Source: Thermoanaerobaculia bacterium
GTDB taxonomy: Bacteria; Acidobacteriota; Thermoanaerobaculia; Multivoradales; UBA5704
Assembly: GCA_036503335.1 (NCBI GenBank)
Contig: DASXXC010000069.1
Coordinates: 12,059-76,058 of the forward strand
Length of the DNA: 64,000 bases
Direction of reading: 5' to 3'
Shown: piece after piece, positions 63,335 through 64,000 of the stretch
Numbering within the stretch: the first letter of the stretch is position 1
How the letters are laid out: each line of letters begins with the position of its first letter
The notes under the pieces: generated by a model
Seen by the model: the letters and a program-made list of their open reading frames with translations, nothing else
Database searches by the model: none
What the model was told of the DNA's origin: nothing
Made by a program: the position numbers and the translations under genes

Positions 63335-64000
63335 CAGAACACTCCGTATTTGATGATCAGATCCCTGAGATCTGGACCATCGAAGAAAAGTTGTGTCAAA
63401 CCATCCTGAAAAGAGTGACTGAGAGCTCGGATCCGCCCAAAGATCTCATCGTTCTCTGCCTCTTCAAATTTCAGCTTCTCGAGATGGCCGCGGAGATCCG
63501 GATCGGCAAGCAGCGCCAGGAATTCATCATAAGCGCTCAACACACGGATCGCGATCTCGGGTTTGCCGATCCTCAAAAGCTCTCTCGACAGCAGATCGAG
63601 AGGTGCCAGAGATGTCTGCCGTAGAAAGAAATCGGCCAGTCGCGGGGCCAACATTGAAGGATCGGAGCGGATGTCTTCCCGTTCTTCGGATAGATGCAGC
63701 TCAAAGCTGAAGCAGAGCAGAAGCCCTGCCACGAACAACAACTTCCTGGACATCCTGAGCTTGGCGTTCCTCAAAGCCCATTTCCGGTCCGACTGCTCCC
63801 ATCGTTTGGCCGCGTAGTCGACCGCCATGGTACGCCAGAACCGCACGATGTCATTCAAGAGGAATCGAGGTACGACCTGAGCGGGGTGGGTATGCCAAGC
63901 AACACTCGTGTCGGAATCGATATATCGGTTCAGCACCCCACGCAGAATACGGTCCCGAACCAAGGGATTCGTAACGGCTAGCGACTCCAGAAGGAGAAGT
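63334..64000 (-). CDS. Hypothetical protein, C-terminal part only (frame open to the window edge); possibly the helical domain of a nucleotidyltransferase-type protein
   Basis: The frame has no stop up to base 64000. The pattern RFLLNDIVRFWRTMAVDYAAKR...KWALRNAKLRMSRKLLF is reminiscent of substrate-binding helical domains that follow Pol-beta-type NTase folds. Low G+C. Confidence 0.5.
   Translation of the reverse strand, partial: LLLLESLAVTNPLVRDRILRGVLNRYIDSDTSVAWHTHPAQVVPRFLLNDIVRFWRTMAVDYAAKRWEQSDRKWALRNAKLRMSRKLLFVAGLLLCFSFELHLSEEREDIRSDPSMLAPRLADFFLRQTSLAPLDLLSRELLRIGKPEIAIRVLSAYDEFLALLADPDLRGHLEKLKFEEAENDEIFGRIRALSHSFQDGLTQLFFDGPDLRDLIIKYGVF

Overview
This is a 64-kb, high-G+C window (about 70% G+C in hand-counted 60-nt lines) and almost certainly bacterial. 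I suspect Acidobacteriota, based on an ADOP-type duplicated MacB/FtsX permease, an Oar-like CarboxypepD_reg TonB receptor, and many secreted FG-GAP/PKD/LVIVD-type proteins. I support about 58 protein-coding genes. I saw no rRNA, tRNA, CRISPR array, integrase or transposase.

Main coding blocks:
- a histidine kinase and an NtrC-type sigma-54 activator (1-3158)
- a six-gene glycan-biosynthesis operon on the minus strand, headed by a ParE-type toxin-antitoxin pair (7645-15352)
- a SAM methyltransferase, a B12-radical-SAM enzyme and an ADOP permease (15836-21537)
- a vanadium-haloperoxidase-like/ASPIC operon bracketed by two diverged copies of a STAS-like gene (21577-26695)
- a TetR-led three-subunit molybdenum hydroxylase resembling 4-hydroxybenzoyl-CoA reductase (27866-32764)
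- a sigma-54-promoted secreted-protein/protease operon (38694-44791)
- mtgA, a DUF1015 protein, a second B12-radical-SAM gene, a Uma2 nuclease, a TonB receptor, a GT4/glycogen-debranching pair and proC
- two low-G+C islands (5543-6390 and 62612 to the right edge)

The non-coding content is unusually rich:
- three REPIN-like inverted REP doublets, two of them carrying the GTAG signature
- a cluster of GC-rich hairpins
- two homologous promoter-led palindrome arrays, one of which ends in an orphan intrinsic terminator
- two very good sigma-54 promoters
- two decayed vapBC loci

All functional calls rest on motif and family recognition by eye. No homology search, HMM scan or RNA folding was run, so start codons and family names are provisional.
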